Shown here piece by piece: positions 1-17,300 of a DNA stretch of 64,000 nucleotides; the first letter of the stretch is position 1, and each line of letters starts with the position of its first letter. The notes under the pieces are model-generated. The model did no database searches. It worked only from the letters and a program-made list of their open reading frames with translations, and was not told the DNA's origin. Made by a program: the position numbers and the translations under genes. This DNA comes from the human T2T-CHM13v2.0 reference genome, Homo sapiens: the NCBI RefSeq assembly GCF_009914755.1, contig NC_060928.1, one strand, 5' to 3'.

Positions 1-99
1 CAGTACCAGCCACTGCAAAATCATGCCAAAATGTAAAGACCACCGAGACTAGGAAGAAACTGCATCAACTAACGAGCAAAATCACCAGCTAACATCATA

Positions 100-3968
<3,869 letters not shown>

Positions 3969-4231
3969 ACAATGAGAACACATGGACACAGGAAGGGGAA
4001 CATCACACTCTGGGGACTATTGTGGGGTGGGGGGAGGGGGGAGGGATAGCACTGGGAGATATACCCAATGCTAGATGACGAGTTAGTGGGTGCAGCACAC
4101 CAGCATGGCACATGTATACATATGTAACTAACCTGCACAATGTGCACATGTACCCTAAAACTTAAAGTATAATAATAAAAAAAAAAATTAAAGGAAATTT
4201 ATGTATGCATTCTGATTTCAACCAGCTACAA

Positions 4232-4298
4232 TTTACACATACATGTGTATGCACAGGCAGGTGTGCACAAATACACACACACACACGCATGCACGCAT
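4232..4298. repeat. Degenerate (CA)n/(RY)n microsatellite
   Basis: acacatacatgtgtatgcac...atacacacacacacacgcatgcacgcat. Confidence 0.7.
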
Positions 4299-5274
4299 AA
4301 CTATTGGCTGCTAGAGACTTAGTAATTACTTCCCAGGCTCCCAAGTTCAGTTTCTTACTAGATGCACAATAAATACTTTGCAAAGTGTCAAAAGCACTGT
4401 GTTTGTCAACAGCAATTTTCAAAAAGGAAGGAAACATAAATTATGCATTTCTCTAAATAGCAAATAATCTACATATCCAGACTGAATTTTTAGCTAGAAA
4501 GACCATTAATCATTGAACCAATACCCAATACCCTCATTTTATTTAGACATGAGGAAATTAAGGCCTAAAAATACAATTAACTTGTTCAAAGTCATTCAGC
4601 TTATTTGTGACTTAGGTTTTAAAAGGCCTTGTACCATGTTCTAAAGAGTTCACCCACACCACAACATACAAGTCAAGCTCAGAATGATTCATTACCTTAA
4701 AGAAAGGATATAGTTTACAAAAACATGACACTGGTATCTTACAAAAAATATTAAAATGATAGTCCTATGGTGAACATGAGATAGTTAACTGCTGAACAAG
4801 GCACAAAGAGCTACAGCAAATGCCTCAAATCTAGTGACCCAAGATAACCCCCTGAGCTTTTTTAACCTGAGGAAATTGTGTCATGAAGTCCACATCTTTA
4901 TTCAGTGTGGGGGAGTATTCTGTCTTCAGTTTCTACACCACTGGTAGCTTACTCTTTCTAGCCAGAAGAAGTTTAAGACACCATTCTCTTATTATAGCAA
5001 AGACTATCAGTTATAGAATGCAAGAAAAAGAAATTAACATTGCGCTATAGCATCTTAAAACAGAAAGAAAAGCCATTCCTGGGGTAATAATAATATAGGC
5101 CTGGATATTTTACAGAGTCTATGGGAGAAAAAGCTCTGTAGAATTTATTGATAGAGAATACACTTTTAAAAATACACATTGAGCAAATGTATAGGCTAAA
5201 TCTAAAATGTAGCCTATAAGTTTCTTTATGTGCTAAAGGCTAGAATTTTACATTACTAATATGTATGACAGTCC

Positions 5275-5720
5275 TATCTTAGTCCATTTTGTGTTGCTAT
5301 AATAGAACACCTGAGACTGGGTAATTGAAAAGAAGTTTATTTAGCTCATGGTTCTGCAGGCTGAGAAGTTCCAGGGCATGGCCCTGGCTTGTGGCAAGGG
5401 CTTTTGTGCTGTGTCACAACATGGCAGAGACCATCAAAGGGAAAGTGAACATGTGCAAAGAGGAGGAAAACTGAGGGGCATCCTGGCTTTAAAACGACCC
5501 ACTTTCTTGGGAACTGATCTATTCCTGCAAGAATTAATCCAATCTCTCAAGAGCAAAAATTCACTCACTACTGTAAGAACTGCACCAAGAAGTTAATGAG
5601 GGATCCACCGCCAAACCTAAACACTTCCCACTAGGCCCCACATCCCAACAACCACACACCAGGGATCAAATTTCAACATGAGTTTTGGTGGGAAAAACAA
5701 AACATATTCAAACCACAGCA
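5275..5720 (-). mobile_element. MaLR solo LTR (MSTB/C/D-like)
   Basis: Begins ...tcttagtccattttgtgttgctataa and ends aaaccacagca. Imperfect 5-bp TSD AGTCC/AGTAC. Confidence 0.85.
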
Positions 5721-6446
5721 AGTACCTACCTCAGAGAGGTATGCTAATGTTTATGCATCGGTAGGGTTTGCTAAACGAAGAAAACTGGAGCTGCGTTAAT
5801 GGACAAGCCTTGGAAGTTAAAGAATGAATAAAGAGAGACTGCCAGAGAGACACATGTTTATATTTCAAAGCAGGTGAAACCCAGAGCTATCCATTTACAT
5901 TCTAGAGGATTCATTCATCATTCATTCATTCATTCAATGAAGGTTTTTTTTTCCAGTATCTCTTATGTTCAAGACACTGTGATAGGTCTTGGGAAAACAG
6001 GGTGAGGGAGACAAACAGGGTGATTGCATCATTCTAGCAAGACACTAGTTATTTCATTTGTCATATAAATTATGTTAGATTGTTTTATTTCTTGAGAAGC
6101 TATTGGCTCTAATCCATATAATGCAGCTGGCTGGGACACAATTTAGAAGGATCAAGAAGTAAAACCCACACTGATTTGAAGCAAAGCCCATACATCAAAG
6201 TCAGATGAACAAGGAGAGGGACTGGATATCAGTTACCAGATCCAGAAATGGAAGATTTGCTATTTCAGAGTCTAATGGTCTCCCAAGATCCATTCCCTCC
6301 CTCCTCATGGTTATAAGAACTTCCCTAGTTTTACACAGACACATGGCATTCAGCTAACTATATATTTCCAGCTTTCCTTACAGCTAGATTAGGTTCAAGA
6401 CAATGGGTGAGGGCAGAAGAGAAATATTCAACTTCTAGGTCATATC

Positions 6447-6823
6447 TGTATTAGTCCATTCTCATGCTGCTATGAGGAAATACCTGATACTGGGTAATTT
6501 ATAAAGGAAAGAGGTTTAATTGACTCGCAGTTCCACATTGTTGGGGAGGTCTCAGGAAACTTACAATCATGGCAGAAGGCAAAGGAGAAGCAGGCACATT
6601 CTTCATAGGGTGGCAGGACGGAGTGAGTGCAAGCAGAAGAAATGCCAGATGCTTGTAAAACCACCAGATCTCCTGAGACTTAATCACTATCACAAGAACA
6701 GCACGGGGGAAAATGTCCCCATGATCCAATGACCTCCATCTGGTCCCACCCTTGACATGTGGGGATTATGGGGATTATAATTCAAGATGAGATTTTGGGT
6801 GGAGACACAGCTAAACCATATCA
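6447..6823 (-). mobile_element. THE1-family (THE1D-like) solo LTR nested in an older MLT1 LTR (~6270-7070)
   Basis: tgtattagtccattctcatgctgct...aaaccatatca, with a perfect 5-bp TSD ATATC (6442-6446 and 6824-6828). Confidence 0.9.
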
Positions 6824-8461
6824 ATATCCTTATAGAAAGACAGCTTGCTCTCCACTTGCTTTTTTTCTCTTTCCATAAACTGGAATGTGACCCTAGTGGC
6901 TTTGGTCACATGGACAGAACAACACTGTCAGGATTCCTGTGTTTCTGTGAAACAGAATTGTCCTATTCCCTGGAACTATGCAGGAACTCAGACTTCAGTG
7001 GAAGAGAGAAGTGTTCAAGTCACTGTACTATGTGTCTCTTTGTTAGAATATTTCAGAGTATATTGTAATATAGATACCCACAACCAGATTCTATTTACTA
7101 GACCAAAACTTGGAAAGAGAGTGAGGACCATGTCTTCTTTTGCTCATGACAGTAGCTCAAGCATACAACACAGTATCTGGAACATATTAAGTGCTTCATT
7201 AAAATGTATTAAATGGAATGGAATATAATGAAATAGATGTGATTCCCAACCTCAAGGAAATCATTGCATATGAGGAAATACACATGAAATAAAGAATGAC
7301 TTTCTTTTACAACATCTTATTAATACACATTCTTTCAATTCTCCAGACATATATTTTATGAGAAAAAAAATCTCACATGGGCAAAAGCTAAAATTCCTCT
7401 GGCATGCTTTTTGATAACCAAGTAGAATAGTTATCAGATCCTAAGCTTATTAGAGAATAAGGGTGAAAACAGCATAGTTTCAATTAATCATACTAAATTG
7501 CTAAATATTTTTTGAATGCATACAAGAGGAGTTAGCAGTATTCTTGTGAGAAGGTGCCAAATTACTGGTATCTTTTTTGGGGGGTGTGTTTAAGGGGGTA
7601 ATTTTGATTTCTGCACACTTAACACATATGTGTATATAGCCACAGCACATGCACTTATAAATTGATTTAAGTAAAACATTAAAAGATCTTGTGTTCCAGT
7701 TAAGTAGGGGTTGTTAAAAACAATTGTTTTTATAATACAGTTATTTTAAAGTATTTTTAAATAGAAATTTTACAAGATTATTTGAATCCAGAAATATTAC
7801 TTTATAAGACTGGAATTTTACATTATTAATGTAAATAATAATACCTACATCATAGAGATATTTTAATATTTCTGCATTGTCAGGGCTCTTTGAGCAGATA
7901 AAGCAAGAATCTGGTTAAAGGACAAGTCTTGGAAGTTAAAGAGTATAGAAAAACCTCTAGAGAAAAAATTGTTTTCATTTCAAAGTGGGTGAATCCCAGA
8001 GCATACATTTACATTCCAAATGATTGTAAAATAGGGACTTTCTCTTTCTCCTGCCAGAGAATACTTACTTTAGGAAAATTAGATCTCTCTCCCTCTCTTT
8101 CCTTCTCTCTCTCTTCTTAGCAAGGTGGCAGCTGTATAGCAGGCCTTATATAAACTCTGAGATTCATAATTTCTTATTGATAATGCAAAAATCCCTTTGC
8201 ATGTGTAGGATAACATCTGTCTTTTATAATATTGCACTGAATGGAGTGAAGGAGACATGGGTAACTGATATAATTATTGCCTTGAGTAATAATACTCTGC
8301 CACTGATCCAGAAACTCCATGTTTGCTTTCAGGACAAAAATAAAGGAATACAAATGTTAAAAACTTACAGTGAGCTGCTAAATAAGTACAACTCTATGAA
8401 CACAATTGGATAAATTTGCACACTATGGACACAGTAGCTAAGTCTAAGTTTCTATTCCCTA

Positions 8462-8878
<417 letters not shown>

Positions 8879-9074
8879 CTATCTCTATTTGATGATTTTA
8901 GAAAATTAGTGATGAAATATTATACAGCATACCAAACATGTGTTATTGTAAGCAAAAATAGTATTTCTCAATGTTTCTGTTTCACAAAGAATTACTGCTT
9001 CTTTTCAAAGCTACTTCTATATGTACCATCCTGCTTCCTCCGAAATTGTTCTCTAACAATTATTTTTGGTTTCT

Positions 9075-9295
9075 TGAGTCTCTCCATTTCTCTCTGGGAA
9101 TCTCTCAGCTGCCTGCTTGATGTTCCTACATCTCTCTGTCTGTGTGTTCTCTCTTCCTCTTCCTCATTGTGTATCTGTCATCTATTTCTCTCTTTCTTGC
9201 TATTTCTGTGTATCTTTCTTCTTCTGTCTCTCTGTCTCATTCTCCTCTTTTACTCTGTCTCAGAGCCTCTCTCTCTTTCTGTTTTTCTTTCCACA
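9075..9295. repeat. CT-rich low-complexity tract
   Basis: Degenerate (TC)n/(TCTG)n sequence. Confidence 0.75.
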
Positions 9296-9929
9296 TGCCT
9301 TACCTGTAACATCCAGCATTTCCTCTCTAATAGAGTAAACACACTCTCCTGCCATTAAAAAAAAATGTAGACCTTCTTTACCTTTGAGGTTGCAAGCTAT
9401 TAACACCCAAGAGCTCTTCTTTGCACCACCAATTTCACAGAAAAGGAGTCCGTCTAAGAACTGGGAAAATACAGTTGAAAAACTAAGAAGTAAACCTTGA
9501 AGAGGACAGTACCAAAGTGCCAAATCAAATAAGATGGAGACCAGAGACTACTTGCTGCATTTAGCATTTTGGTTGGTTTACTGGTAATTTAGCAAGAGCA
9601 GTTTCAACAGAGTAGAGTGCATAGAAATGGATTCCAGTGAGCTGAGAGTGAATAACAGATGTAGAAAGGAAAATCAGAACTTTAACTCCAATATTTGTTA
9701 AGTGCCTACTCTGCAAGGAACTATGTTAGAGTTAGAAATTCAACTGAAGGCAAGCCTGACAGTCTTCCTTATGGAGCTTACAGTCTAGTGGGAAATGGAC
9801 AATGTAAGGAGACAATGTAAAAATAATGTGATGATGCTAATAATCCTGTGAAAATACAAGGTTATGTAGAAGCTGGTCAGAGGGGTACTGGCACTGGATT
9901 TAGGAGGATGATAGACATTTTAGAGAGGG

Positions 9930-10320
9930 CAAAGACTGCAAAATCCTAGTCTTTTTCCTTTTCTTGGGCACACAGCTCAACTAGATGACATTTCCAGCCT
10001 CCTGTGCAGTTAGGTTATAGCCATTTAACAGAGTTCTAGCAGGTGGAATGTGAGCAAAAGGGAAACGCACCACTTCCAGGCCTGGCCCACAGAAGTAGCT
10101 CCATGCTTTTGGCTGTTTGGAGCCCTTACACGTTACAAGATGAATATGCCAGAGCTTTCATCAGTCTCTCTCCTCAGCTCACTGAACAGAACCAAAATCT
10201 TTCCCCTATCTACTTCCACCTCCACCTGATAAATGAGAAGAACACTTCTATTATGTTTGAGCTTCTATCATTTTCTGTTGGTCAATTTGTCACAGCAGCC
10301 AAAATTATCCTAACCAATGT
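9930..10320 (+). mobile_element. Old MaLR LTR fragment (MLT1J-like)
   Basis: Motifs catttccagcctcctgtgcagttaggt...cacttccaggcctggccca...tttgtcacagcagcc typical of MLT1J. Confidence 0.6.
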
Positions 10321-10560
10321 ATATGAACTGAAGGATGTGAAGAAACTAGCCCAAGAAAAGTGATGGCATTTATGTATTACATCAATCTCTTGATTAGATG
10401 GCAGGATCTTTGGTCCTTTCTATTCAACTTTATATCACTATGACATAGCCCAGTGTCTAATATGAGTCAGTAACTCAATAAAAACCCACTGAAGGAAAGT
10501 GCATTTATGAGCGATCTTAGTATGGGATTAAATTTTTTATTTTGTTTTGATTAATATATT

Positions 10561-10844
10561 TTTCTTTTTTTCTTCTTCTTCTTATTTTTTTTTTGAGACA
10601 GTGTCTCGCTCTGTCAGCCAGGCTGGAGTGCAGTAGCATGATCATGGCTCACCGCAACCTCCGCCTCCTGGGTACAAGGGATTCTCCCACCTCAGCCGCA
10701 GGAGTCGCTGACACCACAGGCACATGCCACCATGCCTGGCTAATTTTTGTTTTTGTTGGTAGAGACGGGGTTTTGCCATGTTGCTCAGGCTGGTCTCAAA
10801 CTCCTCCAGTCTTAAGCGATCTGCCTGCCTCAGCCTCCCAAATG
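10561..10844 (-). mobile_element. AluJ (slightly 5'-truncated)
   Basis: T-rich tail followed by gagacagtgtctcgctctgtc...gatcatggctcac (J-type diagnostic). Confidence 0.88.
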
Positions 10845-11479
10845 TCTTTTTCCTTTATTTCAGTTTACAAACAATGAATCTAGACAACCACCATCATTTG
10901 CATTTTTTTCATTTCTTCATTCTCCTTTAAATCTAGTAAAGCTCCTCATGTGCCAGGCACTAATAAATATACCTCCAATACTGAGTTTAGCTATATCAAT
11001 GACATTCATGTCTTATTTCCCAAACTTATGATACTAATGTTATACATTCTGTAAGGATACCATAAATATTAACTTATAGTGACTATTTATCTCTCTTACA
11101 TTGACACCAAAATATGAAAGAATACTTTTAGTAAATTTGTATCAAGTCCTCAGATTGTACTATTTAATGATTCTTTTAAAATTTGCCATATATCTGTGAT
11201 ATTTATTATCAAATCAGATATAAATTGGTATAGTATTTAATAAATGATTTGAAAAATCAATTTTCATATTACTAACTCATTCTTCAGATTAGTCAAAGGC
11301 ATAATTTAAGAGAAAGTTAGACTTATTCTAATAATTGAATTGATGTTTGCATACAACAGTATCTAATTCCTACAGGTGATGCTAGCCTCCGTTATTAGTA
11401 CATTTTATGATTTGATGTATTACTCCTGAAATTAGTGGGTCATACTATTTATCTGATACATACTATACACACATTCAAA

Positions 11480-12480
11480 CATACACATTACATTATTGAT
11501 AAATTTAATAGTTAACATTATGCAACAGGCACTTTTTGAAATCTTCAGACTATAAGGATGAGAAAGTCAGAATCCTTGTCCCAAGGAGATCATCATCTAG
11601 CAGCAGACACAGATTTTAATAGCAATAAAAATATAAAGAGTTCCAAAAGAGATGTAAGTATAACATGTCATAATAATACAGATGAGAGGGCAATTACTTT
11701 TGCTGAGCAGTAGAAAAGGTGACTTGAGACTTCGCAGAAAAGGTGACCCCATAACTGAAATGTGAAAATGAGAGCAATTTCCCAGGGATTCCCAGGGAAA
11801 ATGGCAAGCATGTCAAGAGCATTCAGGTGAAAGAAAATAGCTTCATATAAATACCCGAAGCATAAAAGTGGTCAGCACATTTGAGAACAATGACTAGTAT
11901 GCCCTTCCAAAATATTTGAATTTTATTGTGTAAGCAACTTTACCCATAAGCAGTATGGAAGACGGACTAGGAGAAGAAGAGATAAGGAGGGGGAAAGGGA
12001 TATCAGTTAACTATCCATGATGATAGCCCAGCGGGGTATGATGAAGACCTGGAAAAGGCAGTTGAAATGGAAGGAAGGGATATTTCAGAAATAGAAACAA
12101 TTAGACTCAATCTGGAAAGAGAAAGGAAGAAACTATGACTCCGTAATTTTTAACTGAGGCAACTGAAGGAATAGCAATCCTCAAATAAGAAATACATCGT
12201 GAAGGGCAAGTTTGAGTAGATGATCATAAAATTATATTGGGCATGCTGAATTTGAGATATCTGTGGAGGAATCTGAAGGAGATAAGAGTACAGAAATAAT
12301 TCATGGACCAACGGCTTAGAAGTAAAGTACAGCCAAAAGACAGAAGACATCAGGCATTGAACTGTGAAAAACGCAAGCACAAAGGAGGAAGAACACTTTT
12401 AAAATACAAATATTTGAAGGGTAGAGACAGATGATCAATAAAAGGTTAGATAATGATTGACCATAGAGGTAGGAGGGCAC
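11480..12480 (-). mobile_element. L2 fragments
   Basis: Purine-rich degenerate L2 motifs, e.g. gggcatgctgaatttgagatatctgtg. Confidence 0.55.
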
Positions 12481-12747
12481 CAGGAAACAGTTGGCTTCAA
12501 CCTAGTCTAATAGCATTAACATTCAACCACCAGCCAATAATATTCATGACATATGTGCTAGATTCATTCCATTGTTCCCAAATTTCTCCCACTTTGATCC
12601 AGTTCTGGCCTGGTTCTTGGCTTTTGCCTTCCTTCTCTCATTTAGAATCTCATTCTCATTAGGCTTGAAAATTAGTACCTGTCTTTCTGACTCCTTTTGC
12701 TCTGGCCACCAATTCAAATCTTGGCCTCAGTGGCTTTGGATTGGATT

Positions 12748-13056
12748 TTATTTGTTTATTTATTTATTTATTTTTTGATGGAGTTTCATTCTTCCACCCA
12801 GGCTGGAGTGAAGTGCCGCAATCTCGGCTCACTGCAGCCTCCGCCCCCCAGGTTCAAGCGATTCTCCCGCCTCAGCCCCACAAGTAGCTGGGATTATAGG
12901 CACCCACCACCACGCCTGGCTAATTTTTGTATTTTTTAGTAGAAACAGGTTTCGCCATGATAGCCAGGCTGGTCTTGAACACCCGACCTCAGGTGATACA
13001 CCCACCTCGGCCTGCCAAAGTGCTAGCATTACAGGCACGAGTCACCGCACCCAACC
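12748..13056 (-). mobile_element. AluS (AluSx-like)
   Basis: Full dimer with a (TTTA)n tail and TSD TGGATTGGATT (12737-12747 and 13057-13067). Confidence 0.92.
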
Positions 13057-13511
13057 TGGATTGGATTATTTTACTGGCATTCTGAACATTGAACTAGAAA
13101 AGACAGTTCCCTAATCAAACCAACCTCTGAGAACCTGGCCATAAGCCAGGCCAGCTACAATAATGAAAACTAACAGGCACTGACTGCTAAGTAAATCCAG
13201 GCACTGTATTAACTAATTTAGTTTGCTTTAACAGCAATTCTGTGCATACATAGTTATTTCTTCCAGCCCCATCTTCAGATAAAGTTCCTGAGATCCCACA
13301 CAGGTAAGAGGGAGCCAGGATCTTAGAGTCTGCACTCTAACCACGGCCTTTCACAGCCCTCAGTATGTTGGCCAGTCCATCCCATTCCAAACGAGCCCCA
13401 GATTTTTAAAATTCTTAGCTTAAAATTCAAAAGAAGATAGAATTCAAGAAGAATTGGATATTTAACCTTTCCAGATATTACAGAAAAGTAAAAAAAAACG
13501 GGAGCCAAAGA

Positions 13512-13963
13512 ATTCATAATTGCAAAGATGTGGAACCAACGTAAGTGCCCACTGACTGATGGGTAGATAAAGAAAATGTGGTATATACACCATGGAATAC
13601 CACTCAGCCATTAAAAGGAATGAAATGTCTTTTGCAGCAACTTCAATGGGGCTGAAGGCCATTATTCTAAGTGAAGTAACATAGGAATGTTAAACCAAAT
13701 ATTGTATGTTCTTACTCAAAAGTGGAAGCTAAGCTGTGAGTACACAAAGGCATACAGCGTGATACAATGGACTTCAGAGACTCAGGAGAAAAAGGGTAAG
13801 AGGGGGTCAAGGGATAAAAAACTACACATTAGGTAACATGTACACCACTTGGGTGATGGGTGCACTAAAATCTCAGAATTCACCTCTATATAATTCATCC
13901 ATATAACAAAAAAATCTCACTTGTACTTCACAAGCCATTGAAATAAAAATAATAATAATAAAA
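13512..13963 (+). mobile_element. Old L1 3' end (L1MA1/2-like)
   Basis: End of ORF2 plus 3'UTR (gggataaaaaactacacatt...gggtgatgggtgcactaaaatctcagaattcacc) and an A-rich tail. Confidence 0.8.
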
Positions 13964-14069
13964 TGAGAGCTGAAAAAGAAGCCAATGGATTAGCCACTTA
14001 GGAGGTCAATGGTTGCCTCCCCAGAGCATCCTCCTCCACAGGGGTAATGTGATAGAATTGGAACTGCTT

Positions 14070-14359
14070 GGCCAGGCGCGGTGGCTCACGCCTGTAATCT
14101 CAGCACTTTGGGAGGCCGAGACGGGCAGATCACGAGGTCAGGAGATCGAGACCATCCTGGCTAACACGGTGAAACCCCGTCTCTACTAAAAACACAAAAA
14201 AATTAGCAGGGCGTGGCAGTGGGCTCCTGTAGTCCCAGCTACTCAGTAGGCTGAGGCAGGAGAATGGCAAGAACCAGGGAGGTGGAGCTTGCAGTGAGCC
14301 AAGATCGCACTACTGCACTCCAGCCTGGGCGACAGAGTGAGACTCCGTCTCAAAAAAAA
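14070..14359 (+). mobile_element. AluY
   Basis: GATCACGAGGTCAGGAGATCGAGACCATCCTGGCTAACACGG diagnostics, with TSD AGAATTGGAACTGCTTG (14054-14070 and 14359-14375). Confidence 0.95.
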
Positions 14360-17300
14360 GAATTGGAACTGCTTGTAAAATGAGAACTAAAAAGGTATGT
14401 GGAGGCATTAACTTCAGACTATCAAGAAGTGTGATGATGAGGGAAGGAGAGAAAGAGGGGTTGTTTGAGGGGTAGGCACATTCTAAATAACTTTTTTTGT
14501 AGATGAGAATTTGGTGAGAGGTCGTCCATAGGCAGGGGAGAAGAAGCATCAGTCAATGCAAGACAGACAAAAACTAATAGGTCCCAACGGGTGGAGATGG
14601 AATCAAGAACACAGGTGGGTGGCCAGCCTGACGGTGTCCCTCATGAAGGAACTAACTGGGCAGGGAAGACTGGAGATGACAAAGAGTTAGGAGATTGAAG
14701 GGGAAATTGAGAGTTTACATGCCTGAGTCCATCTGTTTTCTCAGGGAAGTAGGAGGTAAGACCTTCTGTAAAGAATGTTGCTGGTGAAGTGGAATTGGGA
14801 CCTTTCATGAAAGTTGTAAAAGGATTGTAACAGCCGCCTTGGGAAATGGCTAGGGAGCTGACGAGACATATATGCAAAATGGTTGCTGAGCAGGAACAAG
14901 GGCCCAGCTGAGGATGAAGCTCATAAACTTATAATGGAGGAAATCAGTGTGATTATATCATTCCTCCAGCTGGGCTCAGCCTTCCAGCAGGAGCAGAGAA
15001 AACAGCCACTTGGGCTGATCCGGATGAGAGTTTGGAAAACAAAGCTTCAGAGGACAAGGAGGTGAGAAAATAAAGAGCATCTGAGAGTGTCTGAAATCAC
15101 TCTTCATGGTTCCTGGCTAGATGGTGAAAAAGTTAATCCAGCAGGAGTGTGACAGGTTCAGAGAACAGGGATGCCTTGAAAGAGAGATGTCCATAAAAAG
15201 ATGTAGGGAGGGAAAAGGGATGAGAGAAGCAGGGTCACTGAAGAGAAGGGAGAATGTTAACATGACAACAATTTGGCTTATAATTTTCCTCTGCTCCCTG
15301 ATTATTTGCATTTTCTTCAGGTGTCTTAAATCATCATGCCAGTGAATTATTTAACATCCCAGATGTATTAGATCTTCTGTAAACTAAGTATTTTGCAACT
15401 TATATTTTTGCTAGTTAAACTGAGTTTCTGTCATGGTCACTTCAAATCTAAAGTTCATTTAATATTTGCTGCCAGCCCACCTGGTGTGGGTGTGAGAAAA
15501 AGCAGCTCCTCGAGGCGGAGGTGACCACGTATCAGAGTCCACGGGTAGAGCCCAGGCTGGAGTTCCGCCCGTACAAGTCCCTCATCTCAGTCCTCTTGTG
15601 CAGGGCTCACACTTCCCATCCATATTCTGATGTCCTTGGTGAACCCAAAGGAAAACTTTTAAAAATATATTTGGGGTTGCATCTCCCTGGATTGAGAGTG
15701 AAATCATGATTTTATTAATGGACATATTAAAATCTGTGAAAAATGTTTTTAATGATAAAAAATAAAGAAGAATAGAAATGAAGAAGAGCACAGCACAAGA
15801 ACCCTAAGGTACATGTATTTAAATAAATGTCAAATGAAGTGACTGAGTACCTTCCCTGATGATAATTTAGACTCTCCTGTCATACACAGAAGCTTAAAAT
15901 GCAATGGCTCAATGCTGGATTCATAACTTTGGACACGTAAAGTGAAACTTACTTGACAAGGTCAAATATTTTAAATAAATTTAAATTCCATCACAGGAGA
16001 GGCAGAGAGCGCACAAAGGGAATGATAGGGCTGTCACTCCATCTTCCAAACTAAAAGATGTCTTCCTTTGTCCTCAGCCCCCACATTCAAATCCATGATT
16101 AGCAAAGACAGCTCAGACTCTAGAAACAGAAAGTAATGCTGTAACAGGCCAGAAGCATGACTTAGTAGAGAGAAGGGCCAACTACCTTCCCTCTGAGCTG
16201 TATAAAAAGCTCCTCTAAGCCTTGGTATTTTTCGTTACAAAATTTATAACACATACCTACTATCTTTTTTAAAAAAAACAAAGCCAGCTTATCTACAGAT
16301 GGAATGCACAGGTCTCTTAGAGCAGTAAATGAGAATGCTTCCCAGAATCTGAGGGACAGCCATTGCCACCTGTTATTTAGCATAATTTAATTCAACTGAT
16401 CAAACTGCCTCCTTTCTGTGAGGAATTTTGGCTTTTCCAAGATGCACTGGATGGTGCTAGATTAACTTGTTAGATATTTATATTTGGGCTGTAGGTTACT
16501 TTTTAACATAACCATGGATACATTTTAATCCTAACAATCAGGATTAATCTGAAAAAATAGTATATGGACTATAAACTGACTTTACTTCCACAATGAAAAT
16601 ATTCACTGATGCCCTAAAAGACAAGTTCTAAAAAAAATAAGAACCAGCATCACTTAACTATTTAATCTTTAGGAGGGAAGTTGAAACTGAAAAATAAATA
16701 ATGTATTTACTAATTATTTCTTCTAATAGGGACATTAGTATTTATATCAACAAATGATTTACAGAAAAGACTCAATCATCTGTAAGTAAATAATTATCTA
16801 TGGAAATTTAAATGACTATTTTTCAAATCTGCCAAGAAAAGTGCTCCCAGGCTACAAACTCTTGCTGTCAGTTTTTACTACAGGGATGTAAGTTAATTAC
16901 AAATTAACTGAAGAATGACAGAATTCAGAATAAATGTCCACAAAACATTCCAAAGCCAAAAATAATTTTTAAGATTATGAATTACCAACCCCTTCAGCAT
17001 TAGTTATCACATCAACAATTAAATATTTATACATAAGGACACACATATAATTTATGGTTGACACATAGAAATGTGGGTATTACATATATGTATAATTGTT
17101 TTTTCTGTAAATATACTGCCATCAAACTTCTACACATTGCTTTTCAAAACACCACATTTTCTTGGTAAAGGAAAAAAAATGACATTTACCAGTCTTATTG
17201 ATCAATTGAGAAATATGGTAAATATGTGTGGCCTGTACTGTGCAAAGAGGCCTAGGAGAACAGCAAAATGTGGAAGAATACAGTGTCTAATTCTGTCCTA

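Noticed and set aside
8909-9358. 149-aa Leu/Ser/Phe-rich ORF resembling a membrane protein
   Set aside because: An artefact of the CT-rich low-complexity tract.
11779-11800. TTCCCAGGGA repeated twice, resembling EBF or STAT sites
   Set aside because: A 10-bp micro-duplication within an L2 relic. It fits neither motif exactly.
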